Below, in pieces: positions 1-13,724 of a stretch of 64,000 nucleotides of DNA. Source of the DNA: Squalus acanthias (Eukaryota); contig JASTWF010000323.1 in assembly GCA_030390025.1 (NCBI GenBank), forward strand, positions 124,001-188,000, given 5' to 3'. A program made the position numbers and the translations under genes. Within the stretch, counting starts at the first letter, position 1; each line of letters starts with the position of its first letter. Below the pieces are notes generated by a model, which was not told the DNA's origin, ran no database searches, and saw nothing but the letters and a program-made list of their open reading frames with translations.

Positions 1-410
1 AGCCGAGTGGTCTTAGCGGAACTCAAACTGCGCATCAGTGAGCAGGTTATTGGTGAGGAAGTGCCGCTCGACAGCACTGTGGATGACACCTTCCATCACT
101 TTGCTGATGATTGAGAGAAGACTGCTGGGGCGGTAATTGGCCGGGTTGGATTTGTCCTGCTTTTTGTGGACAGGACATACCTGGGCATTTTTACACATTG
201 TCGGATAGCTGCCAGTGTTGTAGCTGTACTGGAACAGCTTGGCTAGAGGTGCGGCTAGTTCTGGAGCACAAGACTTCAGCACGTTCTCCGGACTGTTGTC
301 GAGGCCCAAATGCATTTGCTGTATCCAGTGCGCTCAGCCATTTCTTGATATCACCTGGAGTGACTCGAATTAGCTGAAGACTGGCTTATTTGATGGAGGG
401 GACCTCAGGC
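1..410 (-). mobile_element. CR1-clade LINE ORF2 fragment (type 2 family), start of RT region
   Basis: ORF 13-315 reads APELAAPLAKLFQYSYNTG...KSNPANYRPSSLLSIISKVMEG, a typical non-LTR RT lead-in. Confidence 0.8.
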
Positions 411-419
411 GGAGGTTTG

Positions 420-1540
420 TTTACTTCATCAAAAGACATTTGTAATTTTGAACACCTCATCAAATCTCCACTTAATCTTCTCTACTGTAAGGAAAGCAGC
501 CCAATCTTATTCAGTCTCTCCGTATAACTGAAGTCCCTCATCCCTGATATTACTCTAAGAATTATCTTCTGCACCCGCTCCAAGGCCTTGACATCCTTCC
601 TAAATTGCGGTGCCCAGAATTGGACACAATACTCCAGCTGAGGCCTAACCAGTGGTTTATAACGGTCTAACGTAACTTCCTTGCTTTTGTACACTCGTCC
701 TCTATTATTAAAGCCAAGGATCCCGTAAGTTTTTTTTGTAGCCTTCACAACTTGTCCTGCCCACTTCAAAGATTTGTGTCCATACACCCCATGTCTCTCT
801 GTTCCTGCACCCCCTTTAAAATTGTACCATTTAGTTCTTATTGTCTCTCCTCATTGTTAATTCCAAAATTTATCAATTCACACTTCTCTGTGTTAAATTT
901 CATCTGCTCTGTGCTTGACTATTTCAACAGTCAGTCTATCTCCTCCTGAAGTCTGTTACTATACTTCACATTGTTTACTACTTTTCCGAGTTTTGTGTCA
1001 TCTGCAAACTTTGAACTCATGCCCTGTGACCCTGGCCCAGGTCATTAATATATATCAAAAAGAGCGGTGATCCCAACACCGGCCAATGGGGAACACCGCT
1101 GCACACTTCCCTCCAGTTCAAGAACAATCGTTCACCACTTCTCTCTGTTTTCTGTTCCTTAGAAAATGTTGTGTCAATGCTGCCTCTGTCCATTTAATCC
1201 CATGGGCTTTAATTTTTCTAACAAGTCTATTATGAGGTACATTACCAAATGTCTTTTGAAAGTCCATATACACAACCTCAACCGCACTACCCTCATCACC
1301 CCTCGCCTTCAATTCATCGAAGAACGCGATCAATTTATTCAAACACGATGTGCCTATAATAAATCCATGCAGACTTTCATTTGTTAGACCATACTTTTCC
1401 ATGGGTAACTTAATTTTGTCCTGGAATAACGTCTCTAATAGTTTGCCCACCACCGATATTAGGCTGACTGGTCTGTAGTTGCCGGGTTTATCCCTCTCCA
1501 ACTTTTTATGGAGGTGCAAAATTTGCATTCCATCAGTCCT
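420..1540 (-). mobile_element. Degenerate CR1 LINE RT fragment
   Basis: ORFs 1118-1549 (GNYRPVSLISVVGK, VYMDFQK) and 482-787 ([15 protein letters not shown]). Confidence 0.85.
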
Positions 1541-1554
1541 CTGACACAACTGTC

Positions 1555-2125
1555 ACAGGCTCAGTACGAGGTCCCTTGCTTTTTGTGGTATAAATCGATG
1601 ATTTACACTTCAATGCAGGGGGCATGATTAAGAAGTTTGGAGCTGATTCAAAAATTGGCCGTGTGGTTGATAGTGAGGAAGAAAGCTGTGGACTGATCAG
1701 TTGGGCAGAAAAGTGGCAAATGAAGTTCAATCAGGAGAAGAGTGAGTTAATGCATTTGGGGAGAGCTAGCGAGGAAAGGGAATACACAATAAATTATCGG
1801 ATATTAAGAAGCGTAGAGTAACAGAGGGACCTTGGAGTGCATGTTCATAGATCCCTGAAAGTTGCAGGACAGGTGGGTAAGCTGGTAAAGAAGGCATACG
1901 GGACAGTTTACTTTGTTAGCTGTGGCATAGAATATAAGAGCACGGAAGTTATGCTTGAACTGTATAAAACACTATTTAGTCCACAGTTAGAATAGTGCCT
2001 GCAGTTCCTGTCGCCACATTACCGGAAATATGTGATTGCACTGGGGAGGGTACAGAGGAGATTTACGAGGAATGTTGCCAGGACAGGAGAATGTCAGCTG
2101 TGAGGAAAGATTGTATAGGCTGGCG
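1555..2125 (+). mobile_element. Degenerate CR1 LINE RT fragment, opposite orientation to its neighbour
   Basis: GSVRGPLLFVV, KFGADSKIG and WAEKWQMKFN motifs (ORF 1624-1821). Confidence 0.8.
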
Positions 2126-2256
2126 TTTTCCCAAAGCGCTTTACAGCCAATGAAGAGGCGAGAGCGCAACCACTTGAGATACTGCTGACATAAGGACTAA
2201 AAACAGTTCAAGGCGCTTTATAAAGTCAGGTTGTTGTTGTTGTTATTGTCATCCAG

Positions 2257-3300
2257 GGAGCTCGAGCTTTGGAGGCCCTTCCTTTCCCCCTCATGGGTAT
2301 GTGTCTAGTCTGTACGCGAACCATCTCCTCTTTGAAGGTCTCCCGTTGTTCAATTACTGTTTGGCCGACCAACCTTCAAATCCAATGTACCTGGGCCAGA
2401 TCCCTTTAAAACTCCATGAAAATACCCCTCCTCCATTTAATTATTATTACGTTTGATTGTTACCCGACCATTTCCATAAATATTCTAAACCTGATGATAT
2501 TATGATCGCTGTTCTCCTAATCCACCCCCGCCACTGAAACATGCTTCACTTGCCCCACTTCATGCCCCAGAACTAGATCCAGCACTGATTCCTTCCTCTT
2601 TTATCTGGTCAGGAATGTCCCCTTGAACACATTCGAGGAAATCCTCCCCAACTTTGCCATTTACACTGTTACAATCCCAGTCTATATTAGGATAATTGAA
2701 GTCCCCCGTTATCACTACTCTGTAGTTCTTGCATCTTTCAGTAATTTGCCAGCAAATTTGCTCCTTTATCTCCTTCCCACTATTTGGCGGCCTATAGTGT
2801 GCATCGAGAAGTGTAATATCTCCTCTACTGTTCCTTAATTCTAAACAATTAGATTCTGTCTTTAGCCCCTCAACTACCTCATCCCTTTCCAATGAAGTAA
2901 TAGTTATTTTCATCAATACTGCTACACACCGTCCTTTCTTTTCTTCCCCATCTTTCCTGAATACCTTGTAGCCAGGAATGTTATGTTCCGAATCCTTTTT
3001 TCTTTGATCCAGGTCTCTGTTATTGCCACTATATCAAAGTTGCATGTGGCGACTTGTGCCTGCAGCTCACCAACCTTATTTAACACACGCTGTGCATTTA
3101 CGTGCATGCACTCCAAACCCGTCTTAGACTGCCTCGCATTTACTTTCAGTCTGATCCCTCCTATTTCTGAACTATTCTTTACTCTAGTGCTACTTGCCTC
3201 TCCCAGTCCTCTGTGCACCTTGTTTCTCATCTTCTAATGTTTAATCCTAGTGTCCATCTCCCAGCCAAATTAGTTTAAACCCTCCCAACAGCACAAGTTG
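2257..3300 (-). mobile_element. CR1 LINE ORF2 AP-endonuclease fragment
   Basis: ORFs 2922-3230 (MHVNAQRVLNK, DIVAITETW) and 2560-2916 (YRPPNS, GDFNYPNIDW). Confidence 0.85.
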
Positions 3301-3544
3301 GGAGAAGAAGGAATGACAGAGGGGAGACGAGGAAAATAAATGTGGGAAGGGGAAAGAAATGGGAGACGCGGGAAAGAAATGGGGGGAAGCCGGTGTTAGG
3401 ATTTCCGGTCCGCGGAGTGCGCGGGGAATGTGGGCTCAGTGCGTCTCACAGGAAATGACTAATTCCTGCAGAGGTTATCGCCAACATGCCCCCGCCAGTA
3501 CCACCTTCCTGACGACCATCTTGTCAATACCCACGGCATAGACC

Positions 3545-3790
3545 AATCAGTGTCAGAGTGAGAGAGAGAGGGACAGAGAAAGCCGAGTAAAGTGAGTGGG
3601 TCAGAGGGAGTGAGATGAAGAGAGGGAGAGAGATAGAGATGGCCCAAGTGGGAAACAGAGACATTTATAGAGAAAGATAAAGGGTGAGAGGGGAGAGAGG
3701 CACAGAGGGAGATGAAAGAGAAAGAGAGGCAGATAACTGGGAATGCTACATGCTGTTCCAGGAAAGAGAGACACGGCATGAAAGGGCGAA
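3545..3790. repeat. GA-rich low-complexity tract
   Basis: Purine-rich (GA)n-like sequence. Confidence 0.7.
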
Positions 3791-3809
3791 CAGATACACC
3801 TTATCAGAA

Positions 3810-4805
3810 TGTAAGAAATAGGAGCAGGAGAATGCCATTCGGCCCCTCCAGACTGCTCCACCATTATAGAAGTTCATGGCTGATCTTCAACCTCAACTCC
3901 ACCATCTCGCACTATCCACATATCCCTTGATTCCCTTAGATTACAAAAATCTAGCTCAGCATTGAGTATAAGCAACGACTGAGCATCCACAGCCCTCTGG
4001 GCTACAGTATTCCAAAGATTCACAACCTTCGGAGTGAAAAAAATGCTCCTCATCTACGTCCTAAATGGCCGACCCCTTATGCTGAGACTATGCCCCCTAG
4101 TTCTCGGCTCACCAGCTAGGGAAACATCCTCTCAGCATCCAGCCTTTCAATCCCCCTGAAAATGTTAGATGTTTCAATGAGATTACCTCTCATTCTTCTA
4201 AACTCCAGAGAGTATAGGCCCATTCTACTCAATCTCTCCTCATAGGACAACCCTCTCATCGAAGGAATCAATCGAGTGAACCTTCGTTACAACTCCTCGA
4301 AGGCAAGTATTTAATTCCTTAGGTACGGGGACCAAAACTGTATACAGCACTCCAGGTGTGGTCTCACCAAAGCCTTGTACAATTGCAGCAAGACTTCCTT
4401 ACTGTTGTGCTCCAAACCCCCTTGCAATAAATGGCACACAAATCCCGCTGAACACCAACATTTAAAAGTTTCCCAATATTTTAAAATATTCTGTTTTTCT
4501 ATTCTTCCTACCAAAATGAATAACCTCACACTTCCCCACATCATACTCCAACTGCCACCTTCTTGCCCACTCATTTAACTTGTCTATATTCCTTTGCAGG
4601 CTCTTTGTATCCACCTCGCCGTTCATTTTCCCACCAAGCTTTGCATCATCAGCAAACTTCGATACATTGCACTCGCTCCTTCATCTAAGTCATTAATATA
4701 GATGGTAAATCGCTGAGGACCCAGCATTGATCCTTGCGGCATCCAACAAGTAACAGCCTGCCAACCTGAAAATGACCCGTTTATTCCTACTCCCTTTTTT
4801 CTATC
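3810..4805 (-). mobile_element. 5'-truncated CR1 LINE with 3' UTR
   Basis: PQGSMLGP, LYKALVRPHLEC motifs; CR1 3' tail taagaaataggagcaggag at ~3812. Confidence 0.85.
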
Positions 4806-4977
4806 CTTATAGAAACCACATGGACTTACCAACGTCTGCTGGTACAATTCTAGACTCCTCGGGGAACGTAGCTGAGCCAATGCAAATATGGAAGCAAGGA
4901 GAGGGGAACCAGGATTGGCGGCGATTTGGATCGTGCTGTGCCCCAGCCGAGCTCTGCAGGGAGCAGTTTTGTTTCCA

Positions 4978-5988
4978 GTTTTTCTTATTCAATCCCGAGA
5001 TATGGGCGTCGCTGGCAAGGCTGTCATTTATTGCTCATCCCCAATTGCCCTTGAGAAGGAGGTGGTGAGCGGCTGCAGTCCACAGTGCTGTTATGGGTGG
5101 GGTGGTGGGGGAGAATTCCAGGATTTTGACCCGGAGATGATAAATAAACGGCGATATATTTCCAAGTCAGGGTTTGGGACTTGGAGGGGAGCTTGGAGGT
5201 GGTGGTGTTCCCATGTGCCTGCTGCCCTTGTCCTTCTAATTGGTATAGTTCGCGAGTTTTGGGAGGTCCTGCCGAAGAAGCCTTGGCTAGTTGCTGCAAT
5301 TCATCTTGTAGATGGTACACACTGCAGCCATGGTGCGCCGGTGGTGGAGGAAATTATTGTTTAAGCTGGTGGATTGGGTGTCAATCAAGCAGGCTGCCTT
5401 GTCCTTGATGGAGTCAATCTTCTTGAATATTGTTAGAGCTGCACTCATCCAGGCAAGTGGAGCGTATTCCATCGCACTCCTGACTTTTGTCTTTTAATGG
5501 TGGAAAGGATTTGGTGAGTGAAGTGATGTCAGTCGTTGATGAATACCCAAATTCTGACCTGTTCTTGTAGCCACAGTATTTATGTGGCTGGTCCAGTTAA
5601 GTTTCTGGTAAATGTTAACCCCCAGGACGTTGATGGTGGGGGATTCAATGATAGTAAAGTCAATGAATGTCAAGGAGCGGTGAGTAGACATTCTCTTGTT
5701 ACTCGCCACTTATCAGCTCCATCCTGAATATTGTCCAGGTCTTGCTGCATTTTGACACGGACTACTTAATTCTTTTGAGGAGTTGCGAATGGCACTGAAC
5801 ATGGTGCAGTCATCAGCAATCTTCCCCACTTCTGACCGTATGATGGAGGGAAGTTTATTTATGAAGCAGGTGAAGATGGTTGGGCCTAGGAAACTGCCCT
5901 GAGGAACTTCAGTAGCGATGTCCTGGACCTGAGATGATTGACCTCCAACAACCACAAACATCTTCCTTTCTGCTAGGTATGAGTCTAG
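4978..5988 (-). mobile_element. CR1-clade LINE (type 2 family), RT C-terminus and 3' UTR
   Basis: VPQGSFLGPTIF, IADDCT, LNWTSHINTVA, MEYAPLAWMSA; same 3' tail as 13725-13800. Confidence 0.8.
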
Positions 5989-8125
5989 TCATTTTACATG
6001 ATTTGGAACCGAGGTGGAAAGAGGAGTGGGATTCACATTGACTGCTAACAGCAGCTTGGGTCGAGCTGGGTAATTGGGTGGAAGCCTGCAGGATGACAAA
6101 GCCGAGTGGGCTGTTGAAGGAACTCCAGGAACTTTATTCCCCATCTGAGCCAAACTGAGGCCATTGGCATCGCTGGAGGCACAAAGAACAAGGTCCATCT
6201 ACATAAGAACATAAGAAAATAAGAAATAGGAGCAGGAGTAGGCCAATTGGCCCCTCGAGCCTGCTCCACCATTCAATAAGATCATGGCTGATCTGATCCT
6301 AACCGCCAATCTACTATCACAGAACCATCTCCTGAACATAACAGAATTGGACACACGAAATAGGAGCAGGATCAGGCTACACGGCCCCTGGGCCCGCAAC
6401 GCTACCCACAGGGCCATGACCGATCCGAACCCAGAATCATGTCCAAGTTCCTTCCCGCTCCCCGTTACCCTTAATTCCCTTTACTTCTAGGAAAATCTCT
6501 ATTTCTGTTTTAAATTTATGTAATGATGTAGCTTCTACAGCTTTTTGGGGCAGCATATTCCATGGACCTACCACCCTCTGATTGAAGTAGTTCCTTCTCA
6601 TCTCAGTTTCGAAACAGCAGCCCCTTATTCTAAGACTACGCCCCCTAGTTCTAGTTTCACCTATCATAGGGAACATCCTCCCCGCATTCACCCGATCCAA
6701 CCCCTTCACAATCTTATATGTTTCAATAAGATCGCCTCTCATTCTTCTGAACTCCAATGAGTAGAGTCCCAATCTGCCCAACCTCTCCTCATCTGTCCAT
6801 CCCCTCATCCTCGGGATTAACCGAGTGAACCTTATTTGTACTGACTCGAGAGCAAGTATGTCTTTTCTTAAGTATGGACACCAAAACTGTATGCAGTATT
6901 CCAGGTGCGGTCTCACCAATACCCTGTACAACTGAAGCAATACCTCCCTATATTTATATTATATCCGCCTAGCAATGAAAGCCAACAATCCATTGGCCTT
7001 CTTAATCACTTGCTGCACCTGCATACTAAGCTTTTGAGTTTCGTGCACCAGGACCCGCAGATCCCTTTGTACTTCAGTACTTTCCAGTTTCTTGGCATTA
7101 AGATAATAGCTTATTCTACTACTTTTCCTACCAAAGTGCATAACCTCACACTTTCCAGTATTGTATTCCATCTGCCAAATCTCTACCCACTTACTTCGCC
7201 TGTCTATGTCCCCTTGCAGATTTTTTATGTCCTCCTGACTCACTACTTTCCCTCCCACATTAGTATCATCTGCAAACTTGGATATGTTACACTCGGTCCC
7301 CTCCTCCAAATCGTTAATATAGATTGTAAAGAGTTGGGGACCCAGCACTGACCCCTGTGCATCACCACTAGTTACTGATTGCCAGTCTGAGAATGAACCA
7401 TTTGTCCCAACTCTCTGCCTTCTGTTAGATAGCCAATCCGCTGTCCATGCCAGAATATTAACCCAATTCCAGGTTGTTTAATCTTAAGCAACAATCTTTT
7501 GTGTGGCACCTTGTCAAATGCCTTTTGGAAGTCTAAATACTCCACATCCACTTGTTCTCCTTTATCCACCCTGTATTTTACTTCCTCAAAGAACTCCAGC
7601 AAATTTGTCAAACATTACTTCCCCTTCATAAAACCATGCTGACGTTGTCCTATTAAATTATGATTATCCAAATGTCCCGTTACTGTCTCCTTAATAATGG
7701 ACTCCAAAATTTTACCTACCGCAGATGTTAGGCTATAGTTTCCAGCCTTCTGTCTACTGCCCTTTGTAAATAAGGGTGTTACATTTGCAGTTTTCCAGTC
7801 TGCCGGGATCTTTGGTGAGTCCAGGGAGTTTTGGAAAATTATTACCAATGCATCCACAATCCCTACCGCCACTTCCCTCAAGACCCTAGGATGTAAGCCT
7901 TCAGGTCCAGGTGATTTATCCGCCTTGAGTCCCATTATTTTACCGAGTACCACTTCCTTATTGATTTTGATCGTGTTTAGCTCCTCCCCCCCATAGCCCC
8001 CTGTTTGTCCAGTGTTGGGTTATTCTTAGTGTCCTCTACTGTAAAGACTGATACAAAATATTCATTCAGGGAATTTGCCATCTCCATATTTCCCACCATT
8101 ATTTTCCCGGTCTCATCCTCTAAGG

Positions 8126-10477
8126 CAGCGGTTCCCAACCTTTTCCTTTATGCGGACCACTACATTGTCATCAAAAGCTTTTGCGGACCACTAGCCGTTT
8201 AAAACATTTTTAACATCGCCTATGGCTGACGGGAGTCAAACTTATATATCAACAGGTATTAAAAATGCAGCAGTTTCTAATCATTTATTATGCTCACTCA
8301 CAAATACATTGCACTCGTCACAGCACTTTTACCTGCAGTAGGCCTACCAGTGGGGAAAAGATAACACTTACCTAATGAGAAGGCTGATGTTGTTTTGCAG
8401 ATGTCAAAAGCTGGATATCAGGTTCCAGCGATGACAGTCTCAATCGGTGATCTGGTTCAACGTGAAGTTTATTCCGACATTTGGTCTTCAAAGCGACAAG
8501 CGCAGAAAATCCAGTTTCGCAAAGGTAGGTTGTGGGAAAGTGCTGGATATTCCGAAGCAGCTTTAAGCCAAAGGTCAGTCAGGTATTAACGAGAAAATTC
8601 CTGCTTTAAAGCACTGTCACAGGACAGTTCCACAACGCTGTCTTGCTTATTCGATGTCAGGCTTGCGAGAATGTCATCATCAATTCTCGCTAAGGGATTT
8701 CGTCTCCAGTTGAATTTTGTGTCGGGCACAGGGAAGTACTCACGTAGGTTTATTTTCAAACTTTGGAGCTGCTCTCTGGTGATATGGTCCACACTGTTTG
8801 GAAGCTGCATCTCTGCCGTGACCAAAAAATCAGACAGATTCGCAAACGAGTCGTTATTTGACTGCTCAAGTCGTTTGGCCCACATCTCTATTTTCTTGAT
8901 CATCGCTTCTATTTTGTCCTGCACATGAAAGAATGTCACTGATTTTCCCTGAAGACGCAGATTGAGAACATTCAAGTGATCGAAAATATCTGCCATATAA
9001 GCCAATTTGGCAAGCCACTGAAAATCAACGAAGCGATGTGAAAGTTCAAACTTTGAGTCCAGTAAAAACATTCTCACCTCATCATGCAACTCTAAAAGAC
9101 GAGTGAGTACCTTTACTCGGGACAGACAGCGGACCTCGGTGTGCAGAAGTAGTTGAAGGTGATCTCTGCCCATCTCGTCACAAATAGCTGCAAATATCTG
9201 CGAATTCAGTGGACGGGCCTTGATATAAGTAACAGTTTTAACGGCTTCCTCCAAAATGGTCTTGAGATCAGCAGGCATTTTCTTTGCAGGTAACACCTCC
9301 CTATGGATGCTGCAGCTGACCCACTGCTCTTGCAGGTGCAACAACCCCACTGTGTTGCCCTAACATCGCACGGGCCCCATCTGTGCCAAGACCGACACTT
9401 TTTGACCAATCAATCCCATTTTCAATAATGAAACTGTTCAACATTCCAAAAATAGCCTCTGCAGTTGAGCGTGTGGGCAACGATTTACAAAAGAGAAAGT
9501 CCTCATGTATCTCTTCATTGTGTTCATACCTTATATAGGTGATCCGGTTTGAAAGGTTTGCAATGTCCGTTGATTCATCCATGTGAAGTGCATAAACACG
9601 ACTCGCTTGCATTCTCGCTATTAGCTGATCACACAAATCCTGAGCCATCTCATCAATTCTGCGTTGAACTGTGTTATCCAACAATGAAATCATGTTAATT
9701 TGCTTGCAGGCCCCCTCTCCCAGCATAATACCCACCATCTCCTTTGCCGCTGGCAATATCAACTCCTCCCCAATTGTGTGCGGCTTCCCTGTCTTTGCTT
9801 TGAGCCTAGCTACCCGGTATGAGGCCTCCACCGCCTTAGCAGTATCACTACCTTTAGATGTGCATTCCATAATTGTCTTGCTGTGTTGAAATTCTTTGAG
9901 CTGGTTGTAAATAAATCCAATTGGCTTGGATACGTATTCCCCATGCTTAGTCTCAAGATGACGGCGAAGATTAGCGGGCTTTAGGCTTTCATTCGACAGA
10001 ACATCATAGCACATGACACATACTGGTAACGGTTCGTTCTCAGTTCCAGTGTAAGTAAATGCCAGTTCTAAGTATTCGCTGCTGTATTTTCTTCTCACTT
10101 TTCGCTTACTTTTTTTGTGCTCAGTTTCATTTGCTAATGTCTCACTGTCATTTTGACCATAGTAGAGAGTTCGCTTACACGTGCCAGATAAAAGCCACCG
10201 ATCCATTTTTTGATTTCCACGCTCTAACCGTCGAATATTCTAGAATCTATGAGCGTCGATTCACATTGATGTCACGCAAAAGCGCCACACCCCCACACTA
10301 TTAAAATTCAGAGAATCACAAGGATGCTTGTGAAGCATATTACATTGCTAATAATAACGTAATATCGCATATGATACATACGAGGTACACGTGATGATAT
10401 TATTATTACAGTATCATAATTATTTTTTTCACGGACCACCTGCAGTACCCTCGCGGACCACTGGTTGGGAAACGCTG
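8126..10477 (-). mobile_element. hAT superfamily DNA transposon (Charlie/Buster-type), full length
   Basis: 15-bp TIRs cagcggttcccaacc / ggttgggaaacgctg (14/15 match); 8-bp TSD ctctaagg (8118-8125) / ctcgaagg (10478-10485). Confidence 0.93.
8372..10206 (-). pseudogene. hAT (ZBED5/SCAND3/Buster-like) transposase pseudogene
   Basis: BED finger CVMC...LRRHLETKH, DESTD, TDGARAM, HTEVRCLSR and C-terminal PTTYLCETGFS...HQPSH*; frameshift near 9340, stop at 8586, small deletion near 8540. Confidence 0.9.
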
Positions 10478-10967
10478 CTCGAAGGGACCAACATTTACTT
10501 AAACCACCCTTTTTCTTTTTATATAACTATAAAAACTCTTACTATCTGTTTTTATATTTTTTGCTAATTTACTTTCATAATCTATCTTCCCTTTTTTAAT
10601 CAATCTTTTTGTTATTTTATGCTGTCTTTTAAAGTTTTCCCAATCCTCTATCCTCCCACTAGATTTGGTTACCTTATAACACTTGTTTTTAGTCGAATAC
10701 TATCCTTAATTTCTTTACTTAGCCACGGATGACTGTCTTTTCTTTTACACCCTTTTCTTCTCAGTGGAATATATATTTTTTGGAAGTTGTACGATAACTC
10801 CTTAAATGTACACCACTGATCATGTATCATCTTACCCTTTAATCTATTTTCCCAATCCACTCTACTCAATTCCGCTCACATACTTTCATCGTCTCCTTTA
10901 TTCAAGCTTAGCACGCTTGTTTGAGATCCAACCTTCTCACCCTCTAATTGAATATGGAATTCAACGT

Positions 10968-11700
10968 TGCAATTAATTGTAAAGCTGGACATATTAAACA
11001 ATAGAGGGTAAACACAAACTACAGTTATTAAAATTTGATATGATCAATAATACACTAGTGCATAAAGATTGTTAAATGTTAAATTGGGCATGATAATCAA
11101 TACACAGGGTAAAACTGTCACAGGTAATTGTTAAATTGGGTATGATAATCAATACACAGGGTAAAACTGTCACAGTTAATTGTTAAATTGTGTATGAGAA
11201 CCAAAACACAGTGTAAAACTGTCACAGTCAATTGGTAAATTGGGTATGATAACTAATACACAGGGGAATAAAGTTAGTTAATTGTCGAATTGAACATAAA
11301 AATCACACAGCCAGGTAAAATTAGTTCATTGTTAAATTTGGCTTGTAACGAGCGCGCAGGGTACAAATCGGAGGAATAAATTGATCAATTGAGTAATTAT
11401 TAAACTGTCTAATAAAATTAGTAAATTTTTAAATTGGTTGAGTTAACGTGTGCATGGAGTACAAAACTACAGTTAATTGTTAAATTGAAATGATAAAGAA
11501 TTCACAAGGGAATACATTTACAATTAATTGTGAAATCGTGCTTGATAATCAATACACAGGATAATACTGTTGAATTTAATTTTTATATTGGACTTGATCA
11601 AAATACACAGGGGAATAAATTTACAGTTAATTTGTATCTTGGGCATGATAACAATAAACAGGGGAATAAAGGTTACTGTTAATTCTTAAATTGGACATAA
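10968..11700. repeat. AT-rich ~52-bp minisatellite, degenerate
   Basis: gttaaattgggtatgataatcaatacacagggtaaaactgtcacagttaatt recurs at 11078, 11130, 11182 and onward. Confidence 0.85.
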
Positions 11701-11704
11701 GCAA

Positions 11705-11975
11705 TACAAAACAACAACAACATGTATTAACATAGCGCCTTTAACGCAGTAAAACGTCACAAGGCGCTTCACAGGAGTGATTATCAATCAACATTTGACA
11801 CCGAGAAACGTAAGGCGATATTAGGGCTGATAACCAAAAACTTGGTCAAATAGGTAGGTTTTCAGGAGCGTCTTGAGCGAGGGAGAGAGCTTTACAGACT
11901 GAATTCCAGAACATAGGTCCCAGGCAGCTGAAGGCACGGTCACCAATAGTGGAGCGATTAAAATCCGGGATACAT
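11705..11975 (-). mobile_element. L2-type LINE/SINE 3' end
   Basis: (aac)n tail followed by atagcgccttt; reverse strand reads LKTLLKTYLF, GDRAFS. Confidence 0.7.
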
Positions 11976-12115
11976 AGAGAGGGAGATTGAGAGGGAGATT
12001 GAGCGAGCAAAGATGGAGAGAGGCAGTTAGAGACAAAGTGAGAGAAAGAGAAACAAAGAGAGTGGGCAGACCTAGAGATAGAAACAAAGAGACAGAAAGA
12101 GAGGGGGAGAGCCAC

Positions 12116-12156
<41 letters not shown>

Positions 12157-12215
12157 GGGGTGGAGAATAGAAGAGAGATACAGATGGAAGAGAAAGATAG
12201 GTATACATAGTGAGA
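11975..12215. repeat. GA-rich tract with (AGAC)n microsatellite
   Basis: (agac)n at ~12122-12154. Confidence 0.8.
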
Positions 12216-12219
12216 GTTA

Positions 12220-13700
12220 GAACATAGGAAATTAGAAATAGGAGCAGGAGTGGTCCATTCGGCCCACCGAGCCTGATCTGCCATTCAATAAGATCATGGC
12301 TGAACTTCTACCTCAACTCCACTTTCGTGCACTATCCCCATATCCCTTGATTCCCTCAATATCCCAAAATCTATCAATCTCTGTCTTGAATATACTCAAC
12401 GACTGAGCCTCCCCTGCCCGCTGGGGGAGAGAATTCCAAAGATCCCCCACCTCTGAGTGAAGACATTCCTCCTCATCTCAGTCCTAACTGGCCGACCCCT
12501 TATTCTGAGACTGTGATCCCTGGTTCTAGGCTCCCCAGCCAGATGAATCATACTCGCTGCATCTACCCTGTCAAACCCTGGAACAGTTTTGTATCTTTCA
12601 ATGAGATCACCTCTCATTCTTCTAAACTCTAGAAAATATAGGCCTAGTCTACTCAATCTCTCCTCATAGGACAATCCCCCCATCCCAGGAACTAGTCTGG
12701 TGAACCTTCGTTGCATTCCCTCTGTGGCAAGTATATTGTTCCGTAGGTAAGGAAACCAAAACTGTACATAATACTTCAGGTGTAATCTCACCAGGGCCCT
12801 ATATAATTGCAGTAAGACGTATTTACTCTTGTGCTCAAATCCTCTTGTAATAAAGGCCAACATACCATTTGGTTTCCTAATTTCTTGCAGTGCCTGCATG
12901 TTAACTTTCAGTGATGCATGTACAAGGAAACCCAGGTCCCTCTGAGCACCAACATTTCCCAATCTCTCACCATTTAAAAACTACCCTGCTTTACTATTTT
13001 TCATAACTTCACATTTCTCCATATTACATTCTATTTGACATGTTCTTGCCCAATCAGTTAGCCTGTCTATATCTCCTCCTTGCATCTTCCTCACAACTTA
13101 CATTCCCACCGAGCTTTGTATCATCAGCAAACTTGAATATATTACATCTGGTCCCTCATCCAATTCATTGATACAGACTGTGAATAGCTGAGGCCCAAGC
13201 ACTAATTCCTGTGGTACCCCACTGGTTACAGCCTGCCAAACCTAAAATCACCCATTTATTGCTACTCTCTTTTTTGTGTCCGTTAACCAATCCTCAACCC
13301 ATGCTAATATATTACCCCCAATCCCATGAGCCCTAATTTTGTTTAATAACCTCTTGTATAGCACCTTATCGAATGCCTTCTGAAAATCCAAATCCGCCAC
13401 CTCTACTGGCCCCCCCCTTATCTATTCTGCTAGTTACCATCTCAAAAAATTGTAACAGAATCGTCAAACACAATATCCTTTCCTAAATCCGTGTTGACTC
13501 TGCCCAATCCTATTATAATTTTCTAAGTGCCCTGTTACCACGTCCTTTATAATAGATTCCACCATTTTCCCTACTACTGATGTCAGGATAACTGGTCTGT
13601 AGTTCCCGGTTTTCTCTCTCCCTCCATTCTCAAATAGTGGGGTTACATTTGCTACATTCCAATCGGTGGGAACCGTTATAGAATCTATGACATTTATGGA
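12220..13700 (-). mobile_element. 5'-truncated CR1 LINE
   Basis: ORF 12396-12962 is an RT C-terminus; CR1 3' UTR at 12220-12390. Confidence 0.88.
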
Positions 13701-13724
13701 AATGCATCTGCCATCAGTCTTGTT

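Larger units (their letters stand above)
6200..10965 (-). mobile_element. CR1 LINE, family A (5'-truncated), interrupted by a hAT element
   Basis: ORFs 6437-7953 and 10669-10869 are nearly identical to the 41215-43279 copy; (acataaga)n tail at 6200; sequence resumes after the hAT target duplication. Confidence 0.92.

Noticed and set aside
8372..10206. Host gene ZBED5/SCAND3
   Set aside because: Frameshifted, bounded by TIRs and a TSD, and inserted in a LINE
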